This document shows, piece after piece, positions 28,571 through 38,037 of a stretch of 64,000 nt of DNA (position 1 is its first letter; every line of letters begins with the position of its first letter). Both the position numbers and the translations under genes were made by a program. Source of the DNA: a virus. The stretch is from the UHGV virus genome UHGV-0294963; one strand, 5' to 3'. The notes under the pieces are model-generated. The model ran no database searches. It was not told the DNA's origin and saw nothing but the letters and a program-made list of their open reading frames with translations.

Positions 28571-30144
28571 GTGACAACCCTTCTTTCTAATGATTTAATA
28601 TATTCCTCAGCCTTTTCTTTCATCTTATCTAGGAATCGAGAAGAAGGACGAAGATACTTTTTCTTTGCGGTAAGCTTGTCTTTTGTAAGGTAGCTTACCC
28701 TATCCCAATGCTTATGGACTACATTGTATAAATAGGAGAACAGTCGATTGTAGCGTTTGATAGCTTTCTCCTGATACTTCCATTCTGCATCGTCATTAAG
28801 AGCTGCCCGTCGTTGTTCAGGTTTCATCTTAAGCCATCGGTCAGACATATACTTACCTTCGGCTACTCCGATGTACCGAACCTCACCTGTAATGACATTA
28901 ACTGAAAATCGACAGTCATCATATGTAAATGACGCAATCGATTTATCTGTATCTCGAAAACCCATCGTAATGAGGTCCTTCACATTCGACTGAACATAAC
29001 GGACAGCGTCTATAAATGTTAGCGAGTTAGGATTAAGCTTCTTCCACCTGTCGACGTAATAAGGTACATGCTGAGTCATGTGCTTCTCGTAACGATTTCC
29101 TTCTCGCTTGATTTTCCTCCAATCACCGTTAACCATATGCAAAGCAGCTTGATGACCACTCATGGAGCCAACGATAACCTGATGAACCAGGTCATAGAAA
29201 TCTTCTCGCTTTTCATGAGAAAGAATTCGAGGAGCGAACACGGGTTCGTGTGCTTTCAGAAGAGGATTCCAACTGAATCTGCATAGTTGAGGCTCGATAG
29301 ATTTAAGCTGCTCAACAACAATCTGCTCCCACTTTTCAACGCGAGCATTCATACCCTTAAATGCCGGTATTCTACAATTCTCGGTGAACATCTGAACTTG
29401 ATTGCTAACAGAATGAAAGAAATAATTGTATAAGCACGAGTTTACGTCTTCCCGATAATCATTCTCGATTTCTCTTGAACAATCGAATTCTGTATGCTCC
29501 CACTTAACGTTCTTACCAAGACGTTCTTTTTTCTTGTCTTTGGCTTCAACTACCCAACCTTTCTTATTAACTATCAATTTAGGCTTGATTACCGTTTCAA
29601 TGAAACGCTGATGGTCATCACCCAAACATTCTAGAACAGCTGACCAGCTATACTTCGCTACATCTGCAAGCGTACAGACTCCCTGTGCGTAGCGTACTCT
29701 CGCATCCCAGGTTGATAAGAACATAACTGAGGTGTTTATACAGTTTCCGTCCTCGTCATACCAACGATTACGTCTATTCTTGTATGTAACACCTGCATAC
29801 TCAGCTTTTGCAGGAATATATCTATGAAGCCAGCTCTCAATCCCGTGAAGACAATTAAGAGCGAACTCATATGGAATTATACCTTTCTTGACTAACTTCT
29901 GCTGAACATTAGAACTTAAATCGAATGCTGCAAGTTTACCGTCCTGGTATAAGGCAGCTTGAACACCTTCTGGGGGATTGTTGATTATATCTGTCACTCG
30001 AGATTCTATATCAAAATTATCCGGTAAGCTCACTACCTTCATATTCTTATAATATAGAATCCTATTCCCTTTGTAGAGACGACTCAAGAACCAACCCTCA
30101 GGAAGACGTTTCTCGAAAGAAGTTCTAGGTAGAACTTTCTGGCA
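28564..30144 (-). CDS. Hypothetical basic protein (about 527 aa), translationally coupled to dpdA
   Basis: SD AAGAGGGT before ATG (MCQKV...). Its stop overlaps the dpdA start by 7 nt. First gene of the minus-strand block. Rich in Trp, Lys and Arg. No family I can recognise. Confidence 0.45.
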   Translation of the reverse strand, partial: CQKVLPRTSFEKRLPEGWFLSRLYKGNRILYYKNMKVVSLPDNFDIESRVTDIINNPPEGVQAALYQDGKLAAFDLSSNVQQKLVKKGIIPYEFALNCLHGIESWLHRYIPAKAEYAGVTYKNRRNRWYDEDGNCINTSVMFLSTWDARVRYAQGVCTLADVAKYSWSAVLECLGDDHQRFIETVIKPKLIVNKKGWVVEAKDKKKERLGKNVKWEHTEFDCSREIENDYREDVNSCLYNYFFHSVSNQVQMFTENCRIPAFKGMNARVEKWEQIVVEQLKSIEPQLCRFSWNPLLKAHEPVFAPRILSHEKREDFYDLVHQVIVGSMSGHQAALHMVNGDWRKIKREGNRYEKHMTQHVPYYVDRWKKLNPNSLTFIDAVRYVQSNVKDLITMGFRDTDKSIASFTYDDCRFSVNVITGEVRYIGVAEGKYMSDRWLKMKPEQRRAALNDDAEWKYQEKAIKRYNRLFSYLYNVVHKHWDRVSYLTKDKLTAKKKYLRPSSRFLDKMKEKAEEYIKSLERRVVTC

Positions 30145-30207
30145 CATTATCGATAGACCCTCTTTCTTGACCACGTGCTAACGACACGTTTTTGAACTCA
30201 CATATAA

Positions 30208-30240
30208 AGTATAACACACGACATCAAGGTACACGAAGTT
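30208..30240 (-). promoter_or_regulatory. Candidate promoter (revcomp AACTTCGTG, 16 nt, TGTTATACT) driving the dpdA operon
   Basis: Recurrent architecture. A CACGTGCTAACGACACG motif related to the conserved 20-bp core lies at 30171-30190. Confidence 0.45.
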
Positions 30241-30820
30241 ATTTACACATTCTACCTTGCACACCTACATAATTATATATTACATTGTATCATAATTATA
30301 ACACACATCCTATTTTACCATCGAAGTTAAAACCAATTAACCAAGGCTGCGGTGACTATACTATATAATATAACAACAACCGTTTTCTTCCTCTAGATTT
30401 GATTATTGCTTTAATGACCTAAAGTGCCACCAAATAGCAAAATATCAAGGCGCTTCGCGCCTAGCTTTAAAGATTCTATTTTCAGTTTTTAATTTTCGGT
30501 TGTATCTACTTCTTTTGACTTAAATTTCTTATTTGTCTTAATTGCTGTCTTTGAATTTTGTTTGGTTTTGGTTTGTCTGCGGTTTTGTCGCAGTCAAGGT
30601 TGCGTGCTGAAAGCAGAAACCTTTGTAGCGATGAGTATGGTTTACCAGGCTGTAAGCGGTGTGCAATCCGACTTGTCGGTGTGATATATTAGATGGAGCG
30701 GTGCGAACATATAATATATTGTGAGGTATGTGAAATACATAGAATTAAAAATAGTAAACAAATCGATTAAAGAAAAAGTGTTGATACTGTAAAGATTAAA
30801 CAAATTTTAACGAAAATATA

Positions 30821-30854
30821 AATATTCGACGTTTTGTTGCTTGTATGTTATAAT
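30821..30854 (+). promoter_or_regulatory. Candidate promoter (variant TATTCGAC, then TGTTATAAT) for the SNF2 helicase gene
   Basis: Extended -10 TGTTATAAT 47 nt before the ATG. The upstream element is a weaker match to AACTTCGT. Confidence 0.35.
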
Positions 30855-30900
30855 AAGAGTGTAGTAAAATAACAAACAGCCTAATGCAAGGAGGTTACTA

Positions 30901-32529
30901 ATGTATTACACATACGAAGGTGAACCTGTAGAGGTAATTGCAAAGACGCAACGTGAGTATGAATTATACCGATACAAAGGTAGACCGAAGCATGCGTGGG
31001 TACCACGTTATAAAGAGGGACAAGAAATTCCCCTGATTCCTGTAATGGAAGATATTATCGAGAAAGACGCTGATTGTCTAGATTTTAGCCTCTGGAAGAC
31101 AGAACCATACCAGCATCAGAGAGATTTCTTGAAATATTCTGAAAAGCATGCACAGATGTTACTGCTAGACGAGCCAGGACTTGGTAAAACTAAACAGTCG
31201 CTCGACTTGATTGCAAATCGTATCAAAGCTGGTCAAATCAAGAAAGCTCTTATAATTGTAGGTGTATCAAGTCTTCAGTACAACTGGTTAAATGAAGTTA
31301 AAAAGCACACCGACCTGAATGGATATATCTTAGGTACTCGACCTATGGGTAAGTCAGGTTTAAGGACTAAGATAGGTTCTGGTAAAGATAAGGTTGATGA
31401 TGTAAATCGAATGGCTAAGATGAACGCACAGGTGTTCATAACCAACATCGAGACTCTTAGAAATGATGCAATTATCACCGCTTTGACTTCGCAGATAAAC
31501 GATAAGATGCTCGGTATGGTAGTAGTAGATGAGGTGCATAAATGTAAGAATCCTAAAGCCAAGCAAACCAAGGGATTATTAGAACTCGACACTCATTATA
31601 AATTAGGTTTAACCGGTACACCTATTGTAAACTCACCGGTCGACCTTTTTGCTATGATGCAGTGGTTGGGAAGGACCGTACCACCTAAGACTTACTTTGA
31701 AGCGAAGTATTGCTTAAAAGGTGGTTTTCAGGATAAGGAGATAATTGGTTTTAAGAATACCGAAGACCTTAGTAAAGATTTAAGCTGCTGGTCTCTCCGT
31801 CGTACAAAAGCTGAGTGTCTTGATTTACCTGAGAAAACAGTACAGACTATACATTTCGATATGCTACCAGAGCAAGCAAAGCTCTATAAAGAGATTCAGA
31901 AGGATTTGCGAGAGCGTTCTGCTGAAATACTCGCAGCTGCAAGTCCGATGGGTCAGCTGGTAGGTCTGAAGAAAGCAACCGGATGTCCGCCTAGAGTGAT
32001 GGAATCATATCCACCAGAAGCTTGTGCTAAATTAGAAGCTCTGCTTGACATCGTAGAAGAAACGATTGACTCAGGTCAGAAGCTTGTAATTTTCTGCTAT
32101 CACGTATTCACGCTTGAATATCTGGACTGGGCATTGCGTAAGCACAAGTACAATCCAGCTCTGGTTTACGGTGCTATTGACACTCAAGTACGAGAAGCAA
32201 ATGTTCAAGCTTTTCAGACAATACCAGAGTGCAACATAATCTTAGGTAACTATCAGACGCTCGGTACTGGTTTTAATCTTACGGCAAGCTCTACGATAGT
32301 CGAGTATGAACTGCCGTGGACAGCAGCGGATGAGACGCAAGCCCAAGACAGATGCCACCGTATAGGTCAGCATCATCCGGTCAATGTAATCAGATTAGTA
32401 ACTAATCACTCATATGATACGGTTAATGAAGAGATTGTTGATAGCAAGGAACTTCTTGCTGAGAGTATTATCAACGCTGATAAAAACTATCAGCAGCGGC
32501 TGGTTCAGAAAATACTCAACATGGTTTAA
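30901..32529 (+). CDS. SNF2-family DNA-dependent ATPase/helicase
   Basis: Motif I LLLDEPGLGKTKQS. Motif II VVDEVHKCKN. Helicase-C QDRCHRIGQ. SD AAGGAGG. Confidence 0.85.
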   Translation: MYYTYEGEPVEVIAKTQREYELYRYKGRPKHAWVPRYKEGQEIPLIPVMEDIIEKDADCLDFSLWKTEPYQHQRDFLKYSEKHAQMLLLDEPGLGKTKQSLDLIANRIKAGQIKKALIIVGVSSLQYNWLNEVKKHTDLNGYILGTRPMGKSGLRTKIGSGKDKVDDVNRMAKMNAQVFITNIETLRNDAIITALTSQINDKMLGMVVVDEVHKCKNPKAKQTKGLLELDTHYKLGLTGTPIVNSPVDLFAMMQWLGRTVPPKTYFEAKYCLKGGFQDKEIIGFKNTEDLSKDLSCWSLRRTKAECLDLPEKTVQTIHFDMLPEQAKLYKEIQKDLRERSAEILAAASPMGQLVGLKKATGCPPRVMESYPPEACAKLEALLDIVEETIDSGQKLVIFCYHVFTLEYLDWALRKHKYNPALVYGAIDTQVREANVQAFQTIPECNIILGNYQTLGTGFNLTASSTIVEYELPWTAADETQAQDRCHRIGQHHPVNVIRLVTNHSYDTVNEEIVDSKELLAESIINADKNYQQRLVQKILNMV

Positions 32530-32581
32530 CTGCTACACAGCATCTGCTGTGTCAGAATATTAAGTAAAGGAGTAGAGGTTC

Positions 32582-33106
32582 ATGGTTAATCAGATTGATA
32601 TCCGGACAAACCCAAATGAATTCACTACACTCGGATTCATGAAAATCAAGGAATGGGGTCATGATATTGACCTGAGATTCCTAATGCCGAAAGACTTTCG
32701 CGGACGTCTAACAAAGGTGACTTGGAACGTGGAAGACAATGAAAAGCACGTTATCACCAGTGAGGACGAGTCCTGGGCATTGTTTCACCAGGTCGGAGAA
32801 CGACCTGAGATAATCGTACCAAGCACTTGGTTAGATAGTCTTGAACTATCTGGTACTGTCAGAATGCGTATCATGTTCAGTTTCGATACCTTTAGGCAGA
32901 ACCCTGATTGGTATGCTTATCTGTATCTCAAGACAGTCAATGGCGACCCGAATGCAGCTTATCTGGCAGGCTCTACTGTACGACCTGGTGGAGGTCCTGG
33001 TGGCGGATGTTGCCCTGAAGGTTGTGATGGTGATTGTTGCTGCTGTTGCTGCAAAAACCAGAACACTGACGATGATGAAACCGATGACAGTCTAGTTCAA
33101 AGCTAA
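32582..33106 (+). CDS. Hypothetical protein ending in a Gly-rich segment and six consecutive cysteines (GGGPGGGCCPEGCDGDCCCCCCKNQNTDDDETDD)
   Basis: ORF with SD AAGGAG. The C-terminal Cys cluster is read directly from 33010-33050. Confidence 0.5.
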   Translation: MVNQIDIRTNPNEFTTLGFMKIKEWGHDIDLRFLMPKDFRGRLTKVTWNVEDNEKHVITSEDESWALFHQVGERPEIIVPSTWLDSLELSGTVRMRIMFSFDTFRQNPDWYAYLYLKTVNGDPNAAYLAGSTVRPGGGPGGGCCPEGCDGDCCCCCCKNQNTDDDETDDSLVQS

Positions 33107-33117
33107 TGTATGGTGAT

Positions 33118-33176
33118 GCTTAAATGCAGTGATTTACACTATATAAATGGTGTTGCGTAGTTGCTGCATTTAAGCA
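33118..33176 (+). terminator. Conserved inverted-repeat element (TGCTTAAATGCA, 35 nt, TGCATTTAAGCA)
   Basis: 12-bp arms identical to the elements at 52743 and 59704. Sits between a gene stop and the next gene start. Confidence 0.5.
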
Positions 33177-33205
33177 TTTATTGTGTCAATCAAAGATAAG
33201 AGAGG

Positions 33206-33556
33206 ATGAATTCTATGTACAGACAGAATTGCGTAGTAAAGATTGAAGGTGTACCTAGAAATGAACCGGTCGACCTGTATATCATGAAAAGAGGTGCTGA
33301 CTTGATTGCTGCAGCAGTTACTTCCAATACCTATCAAGCTACCCATATCGCTGTAGAGAGTGGTATCAGAGATGTAGAGGATTTTACTAGACTATGCACC
33401 GAACATGAGTTTAATCTGGTAAAAGATTCCGAAACACCTAAAAAGTACAATCTTGAGTTTACTCTAGATATGATTGATAATCTATGTTCTATCGATGAAT
33501 ACCCATGTACGATAGCTGAGCTACCAGAGCAGTTGGTGGATTGCTTGGCTGGGTAG
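33206..33556 (+). CDS. Hypothetical protein (116 aa)
   Basis: ORF with SD AGAGAGGATG. Confidence 0.4.
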   Translation: MNSMYRQNCVVKIEGVPRNEPVDLYIMKRGADLIAAAVTSNTYQATHIAVESGIRDVEDFTRLCTEHEFNLVKDSETPKKYNLEFTLDMIDNLCSIDEYPCTIAELPEQLVDCLAG

Positions 33557-33590
33557 AACTTCGAAATACAATTAGAAATTGTGTTATAAT
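33557..33590 (+). promoter_or_regulatory. Candidate promoter (AACTTCGA, 20 nt, TGTTATAAT)
   Basis: Recurrent architecture upstream of the flap nuclease gene. Confidence 0.45.
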
Positions 33591-33655
33591 TTAGATAACA
33601 TAAAATATACGACTTTTATACGACTTTTATGGGAATTTTTATAAGGAGGAATCTA

Positions 33656-34534
33656 ATGAAATATCTGGTAATTGATACCTACGCTTTATGTTTCAGAGCT
33701 CTATATGGTTATCCTGAATTGACTAATCGTAAGGGAGAACCTACGTCAGTAATTATCGGTTTCTTTAAGCAGTTTCTTAGTCGTGTCCACGCAGTAGAGG
33801 ATTACTATCCAATATTTGTCACTGACATGCCTGGTTCTGCAGACATTCGAAAAGAGCTGTATCCTGACTACAAAGCCAATCGGACAGCAGCTGACCCGTC
33901 GTTCTATGACCAGGTTGACTTTGTTCTTGAGCTTGGTGCGCTTATTGGTACAGTATATAAACAACCAGGCAGAGAGGCTGATGACCTAGCAGGTGCATTC
34001 GTAGAGCGTTACGCTGCTACGAATGACATAACACTACTTACGGTTGACGCTGACTGGTTGCAGCTTCTTGGTAAGAATGTCAAGGTACTTCAACTTAAAA
34101 CCAATGGTGTACACGTTCTTTGGGACGACGCTCTGTTCTTCGCAGAGAAGAAGATTACACCGAAACAATTGATTGACCTCAAGGCAATCGTTGGTGACGG
34201 CTCAGACAATATTCCTGGTGTTAAGGGACTCGGTGAAGCAACTGGTGTTGAGTTACTTCGCGAATTTGGTACGGTGGATGATATCTATGCAAATATCGTT
34301 AAGGTTACAACCAAGCGTAAGATTCAGCAGAAACTTATCGAGAACGAAGAGCTGGTCCGACGAAATATTAAGCTGGTATCATTGAACACCAGTGTAGATA
34401 CATGGACAGAGCCACAGACTGTAGTCACCGATGAAACTATCGACAAGTTCATAGATAGATTTTCTGAGAGAACAGATTCTCAAGAATTGACCAACCTACT
34501 TGGTGTATATCTACAACGTCGTAAACCAAGATAA
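33656..34534 (+). CDS. 5'-3' exonuclease / flap endonuclease (Pol I N-terminal-like, FEN family)
   Basis: LVIDTYALCFRALYG...LTN..GEPT matches the 5'-nuclease N-terminus. GDGSDNIPGVKGLGEATGVELL is the H3TH motif. Start at MKYLV follows SD AAGGAGG. Confidence 0.85.
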   Translation: MKYLVIDTYALCFRALYGYPELTNRKGEPTSVIIGFFKQFLSRVHAVEDYYPIFVTDMPGSADIRKELYPDYKANRTAADPSFYDQVDFVLELGALIGTVYKQPGREADDLAGAFVERYAATNDITLLTVDADWLQLLGKNVKVLQLKTNGVHVLWDDALFFAEKKITPKQLIDLKAIVGDGSDNIPGVKGLGEATGVELLREFGTVDDIYANIVKVTTKRKIQQKLIENEELVRRNIKLVSLNTSVDTWTEPQTVVTDETIDKFIDRFSERTDSQELTNLLGVYLQRRKPR

Positions 34535-34548
34535 GGGGGTAAGTTGTC

Positions 34549-35070
34549 ATGTCGCCTATCGAGTATCAAGCAGCAAAAGTTCTAGGCGTAATCCATGCCA
34601 AACCTCATGATTATCAGGATGCTTTAGAGCTACCTAGGAACAAAGCTGCTCGGTATGGTGACCTGATGTCTTATGTTGGTATGTATGTTCAAGGTATATT
34701 GCTCATAAATGATTCCTTCGACCACATCACATCAGAGACGATGCCTGCTTATGAATCATGCTGCAATATAATACGAAAGCAGGATTTAGCATACGCAAGA
34801 CCAATCCCTCAGCAAGTCAGAATCAAATTCCAATTATACCTGCGTGCAAATCTTCCTGTAGAATGGCTTTCGAGTTTTCTACGAGAATACAGATTACATC
34901 TTTTCGGTAATGTAATGTGGGTAGACCAGAAGAAGCGAGAATACGTTACTGACTTTAACGATAAAAGGTTTTTGCATAAGGTTAAAGGTATCTGGGCTTT
35001 AGATTATGCACCACTTACCGATTACAGTCGTTACGAAGAAATAAAGAATATTTTAGACAACACCGCATAA
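34549..35070 (+). CDS. Hypothetical protein (173 aa)
   Basis: ORF with SD AAGGGGGTAAG. Confidence 0.4.
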   Translation: MSPIEYQAAKVLGVIHAKPHDYQDALELPRNKAARYGDLMSYVGMYVQGILLINDSFDHITSETMPAYESCCNIIRKQDLAYARPIPQQVRIKFQLYLRANLPVEWLSSFLREYRLHLFGNVMWVDQKKREYVTDFNDKRFLHKVKGIWALDYAPLTDYSRYEEIKNILDNTA

Positions 35071-35100
35071 GTTCGTTATAAACTCATGTGGTGTTATATA
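35069..35100 (+). promoter_or_regulatory. Candidate promoter (AAGTTCGT, 18 nt, TGTTATATAAT)
   Basis: Recurrent architecture upstream of the first GT-like paralog. Confidence 0.4.
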
Positions 35101-35141
35101 ATATAATAGTAAATAAAACACCGTTATCAAGGAGGATTGTT

Positions 35142-36047
35142 ATGGGAAAAATTATGTACGGTACCATTTCATATATACCGCCAGATGCAACTCGAAAGTC
35201 GATGCGTATTGCAAATCACAGAAAGCAGCTAGACTGGCTGTCAACATTTCTTACATCTGATGATTTGTACCTCCGCGTCGAGAGTGCTTGGGGCGACGAT
35301 TCTGAGTATGATAAGCTGCATGACGTTCCTTTCGAGATTACCAGTATTCAAGTACCAGCAGCGTACCCAGGAGCAAATCGCAATTATCTTCTGAAAAAAC
35401 TCTATGCTTCAGATTATGATTGGCTTGTAATCATGGACGATGACCGCGCTTTGTACCCATATTTTAACGGTGAGGCATTCTTCACTAAAGAGCTCAAGGG
35501 ACCTGATGGAGATAGACTTGCCAGAGAAGGAACCCTCATTAAAGGTTTACACCCAATGGTAGAGCCGTTCAAGCGTCAGTGCATTGAGTTTCCTAAGAAA
35601 AAGGAAGCTTGGTTTATGACCAAGAGCTCACCACTCGGTTTTCTTCAGATTGCTTGCATTCCTAATCTGGTAAAATATGGCTATGAACCGATTTATATGA
35701 ACGGCGAAACCAGTTGTATGGAAGGAACAGCACCTGAGGATTTACAGTTCGAGCTCGATTGGGTTCTTGCAAAACACGGGATGGCTTGTAATAAAAACCT
35801 AATTATTAAAGAATTTGGTGGAGAGAACCAGAGCTCGTTATACCAGAATAAGGAGCATCGCCGTAGAGTCGAGGCATATCACAGACAGTGGGTATCTGAG
35901 TACCTCAAGCAGAAAAATCCTAGAAACAAAGCACTCTGGGAAAAGAAAACTTTGAATGCTCGTCGTAATACGTTTGACCCTACTCATCTGTTCTTAAGGC
36001 GTGAAGTTGCTTGGGACGACGCTTGGGATTCTATAATCGAGAAGTGA
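35142..36047 (+). CDS. Putative GT-A-fold glycosyltransferase-like protein, paralog 1 (DXD motif IMDDDRA)
   Basis: Start at MGKIMYG after SD AAGGAGG. Homologous to the next gene along its whole length (YRVESAWG, LYASDYDWL, DDDR, QYLKQ..PRN). Confidence 0.4.
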   Translation: MGKIMYGTISYIPPDATRKSMRIANHRKQLDWLSTFLTSDDLYLRVESAWGDDSEYDKLHDVPFEITSIQVPAAYPGANRNYLLKKLYASDYDWLVIMDDDRALYPYFNGEAFFTKELKGPDGDRLAREGTLIKGLHPMVEPFKRQCIEFPKKKEAWFMTKSSPLGFLQIACIPNLVKYGYEPIYMNGETSCMEGTAPEDLQFELDWVLAKHGMACNKNLIIKEFGGENQSSLYQNKEHRRRVEAYHRQWVSEYLKQKNPRNKALWEKKTLNARRNTFDPTHLFLRREVAWDDAWDSIIEK

Positions 36048-36056
36048 GGTGAGTCT

Positions 36057-36995
36057 ATGAAACCCGAAGGTAATTTTATGGTTGGTATTATATCATATAT
36101 GCCAGAAACAGATGCAGGTAAGCAGCGTATTCCACTACACAAGGAACAGTTACGCTGGCTAGAGTGGCTTGCAGAAAAAGTACAGCATTCCTTCCCGATT
36201 TACCGAGTTGAGAGTGCGTGGGGACCTACAGCAAAAGCAGAGCTCACGTCTACTATGCCCATTATACCTATCGAGGTAGAAAAGCATACCTGCGCTGTAA
36301 ATAGAAACTTTCTCCTTGAAAAGTTCTATGCTTCAGATTATGACTGGTTGTTCCTTCTTGATGATGACCGAGTATTCTACGACCATTATAGATATTGGGA
36401 GTGGTTTGATGACCTTGCCACTCCGAGGGTGCTTTGTATGTGTCAAGAAGGCTACATCGTGTCTTGCATACTTCCTATGTACGAGCCGTTCAAGAAAGTC
36501 AATTATGAATGGCCTAATCATGAAACACACTGGTACTTTAGCAAAGACCCCATCAAAGGCAGTCTGCAGTCGTGTTTTATCCCGAACATTAAGAAATATA
36601 AGAACACAGAAGTTTACTTCGACAAACATACGGCTGCTCAGCTTGGTGAGCCTCCTGAGGATACGATGTTTCAGTTGGATTGGATTAAGGCAGGAGGTAG
36701 GTGCGTTCGCAATCGTTATCTCATAGCCAAGGAAGTAGGTCAGTCAGCGGGTGAAAAGAGTTTAATCTACGCTTCCCTAGAAGACCGACGCAAGGTTGAG
36801 GAAGGACATAATCTTTGGTTCACTCAATACCTCAAGCAGCTCTTTCCTAGAAATCCTAGATGTTGGGAGCGTCGTGGCTTTAACGCCAGATTTAATCCTG
36901 AATTCAAAGAGTTAATTCCCAGAACAAATTCTTATGTATTTGAATTGCCTGATTTGCCGCGTAATATCGTGAAAGAGATGAAGCAGAATGAATGA
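36057..36995 (+). CDS. Putative GT-A-fold glycosyltransferase-like protein, paralog 2 (DXD motif LLDDDRV)
   Basis: Tandem paralog of 35142..36047. SD GAGGTGAG. Confidence 0.4.
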   Translation: MKPEGNFMVGIISYMPETDAGKQRIPLHKEQLRWLEWLAEKVQHSFPIYRVESAWGPTAKAELTSTMPIIPIEVEKHTCAVNRNFLLEKFYASDYDWLFLLDDDRVFYDHYRYWEWFDDLATPRVLCMCQEGYIVSCILPMYEPFKKVNYEWPNHETHWYFSKDPIKGSLQSCFIPNIKKYKNTEVYFDKHTAAQLGEPPEDTMFQLDWIKAGGRCVRNRYLIAKEVGQSAGEKSLIYASLEDRRKVEEGHNLWFTQYLKQLFPRNPRCWERRGFNARFNPEFKELIPRTNSYVFELPDLPRNIVKEMKQNE

Positions 36996-37368
36996 GACAA
37001 TTCAATATCAGAATGAGGTTTATGATGCGACGCACATTAGAGCAGCATTCCGTCTGTATATGCAAGAAACACACCCCAAAGTAAATTCCAAGACTTTGAA
37101 GACCTACTGTACAGATGCTATATTTATCTGGGCTCAGCTACCAGACCGGTGGGTCTGGGACATAGTAGACGGCGGTGAGTATTCTGACGAAGACTGGAAA
37201 GTAAAGTTGCAGACGTACATCCGCAGAGATATAACAGCGGCAAGAACGTGTCCTGATAAGGATGCTCGTAGTTATACCAAGCATTTCTGGCAACTGATAT
37301 TGTTCTTAAGAATATTTCAGCATATCGTGAAGGGTCGATTGGCAGTACCAAGACACATAGGAGAGTGA
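36988..37368 (+). CDS. Hypothetical protein (126 aa)
   Basis: ORF overlapping the previous stop by 8 nt. Confidence 0.35.
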   Translation: MNETIQYQNEVYDATHIRAAFRLYMQETHPKVNSKTLKTYCTDAIFIWAQLPDRWVWDIVDGGEYSDEDWKVKLQTYIRRDITAARTCPDKDARSYTKHFWQLILFLRIFQHIVKGRLAVPRHIGE

Positions 37369-37374
37369 TACAAT

Positions 37375-38037
37375 ATGGAAATTCCGAGCTTTTTCTATAT
37401 GCAAGATATCATTGAACGACGTAATCGACTTTTCGAAGTAGGAAATAAAATTCCTGAATATCGCGAGCTAAAGGAGATGGGCTGTAAGTTCTATGATGGA
37501 TTTCTGCTTCGGGACGACGAATCAGGTACCCAGTTAGAGCTTAACCATCTCTTTCTTCCTGACGATGTAGAAGACTGGGATAGAGGAACTAGAATACTGA
37601 ACAGGTATATCAAGGTTATTGAATCCTTGTATCTGCTTGAGAACACAGAGCATTGTATCGAGTCCGCTCGCCTTCTTACAATAGAGCGTGAGGAATTATA
37701 TAAGCAGATAATCCGTGAGCGGGTCTTTAGTGGTTTGAGGTTATACTATCACAATCAGGACGGTGATTGGGGTATCTACTTTATCGACGTAGAGGGTGCT
37801 CAGGTGAATCGTGCTATCCTCACCAAAACCACCGACAAGAACGTCCGTAAGAGAAATTGGAAAGGCAATCTGAACAGAATGCAGCTTTTTCTGCTTCGTG
37901 ATGATGTAGAAAATAGAACTCGTAGCATTATGCGAGTTGAAGAGATATTTGACCGCCATCGTGAGGAGATGATTATGGGTGGTGTCGCTGGTTATCATAC
38001 TGTAGATAAGGGGTGGTATAATGGCGAACTGGGATAG
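37375..38037 (+). CDS. Hypothetical protein (220 aa)
   Basis: SD AGGAGAGTG before the ATG. Confidence 0.4.
   Translation: MEIPSFFYMQDIIERRNRLFEVGNKIPEYRELKEMGCKFYDGFLLRDDESGTQLELNHLFLPDDVEDWDRGTRILNRYIKVIESLYLLENTEHCIESARLLTIEREELYKQIIRERVFSGLRLYYHNQDGDWGIYFIDVEGAQVNRAILTKTTDKNVRKRNWKGNLNRMQLFLLRDDVENRTRSIMRVEEIFDRHREEMIMGGVAGYHTVDKGWYNGELG

Larger units (their letters stand above)
30175..30900. promoter_or_regulatory. 725-bp non-coding divergent control region between the minus and plus gene blocks (candidate early-promoter hub or replication origin)
   Basis: No ORF with SD. AT-rich. TTTGGTTTTGGTTTG and TTTTCAG/TTTTCGG short repeats. Small hairpins (GCGCTTCGCGC; CTGCGGTTTTGTCGCAG). Promoter-like TGTTATAAT at 30846. 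Confidence 0.5.

Noticed and set aside
30175-30900. Possible tRNA or small RNA genes in the long non-coding region
   Set aside because: No GTTCGAATC-type T-loop with a matching acceptor stem is visible on manual reading. This cannot be excluded without a covariance-model scan.
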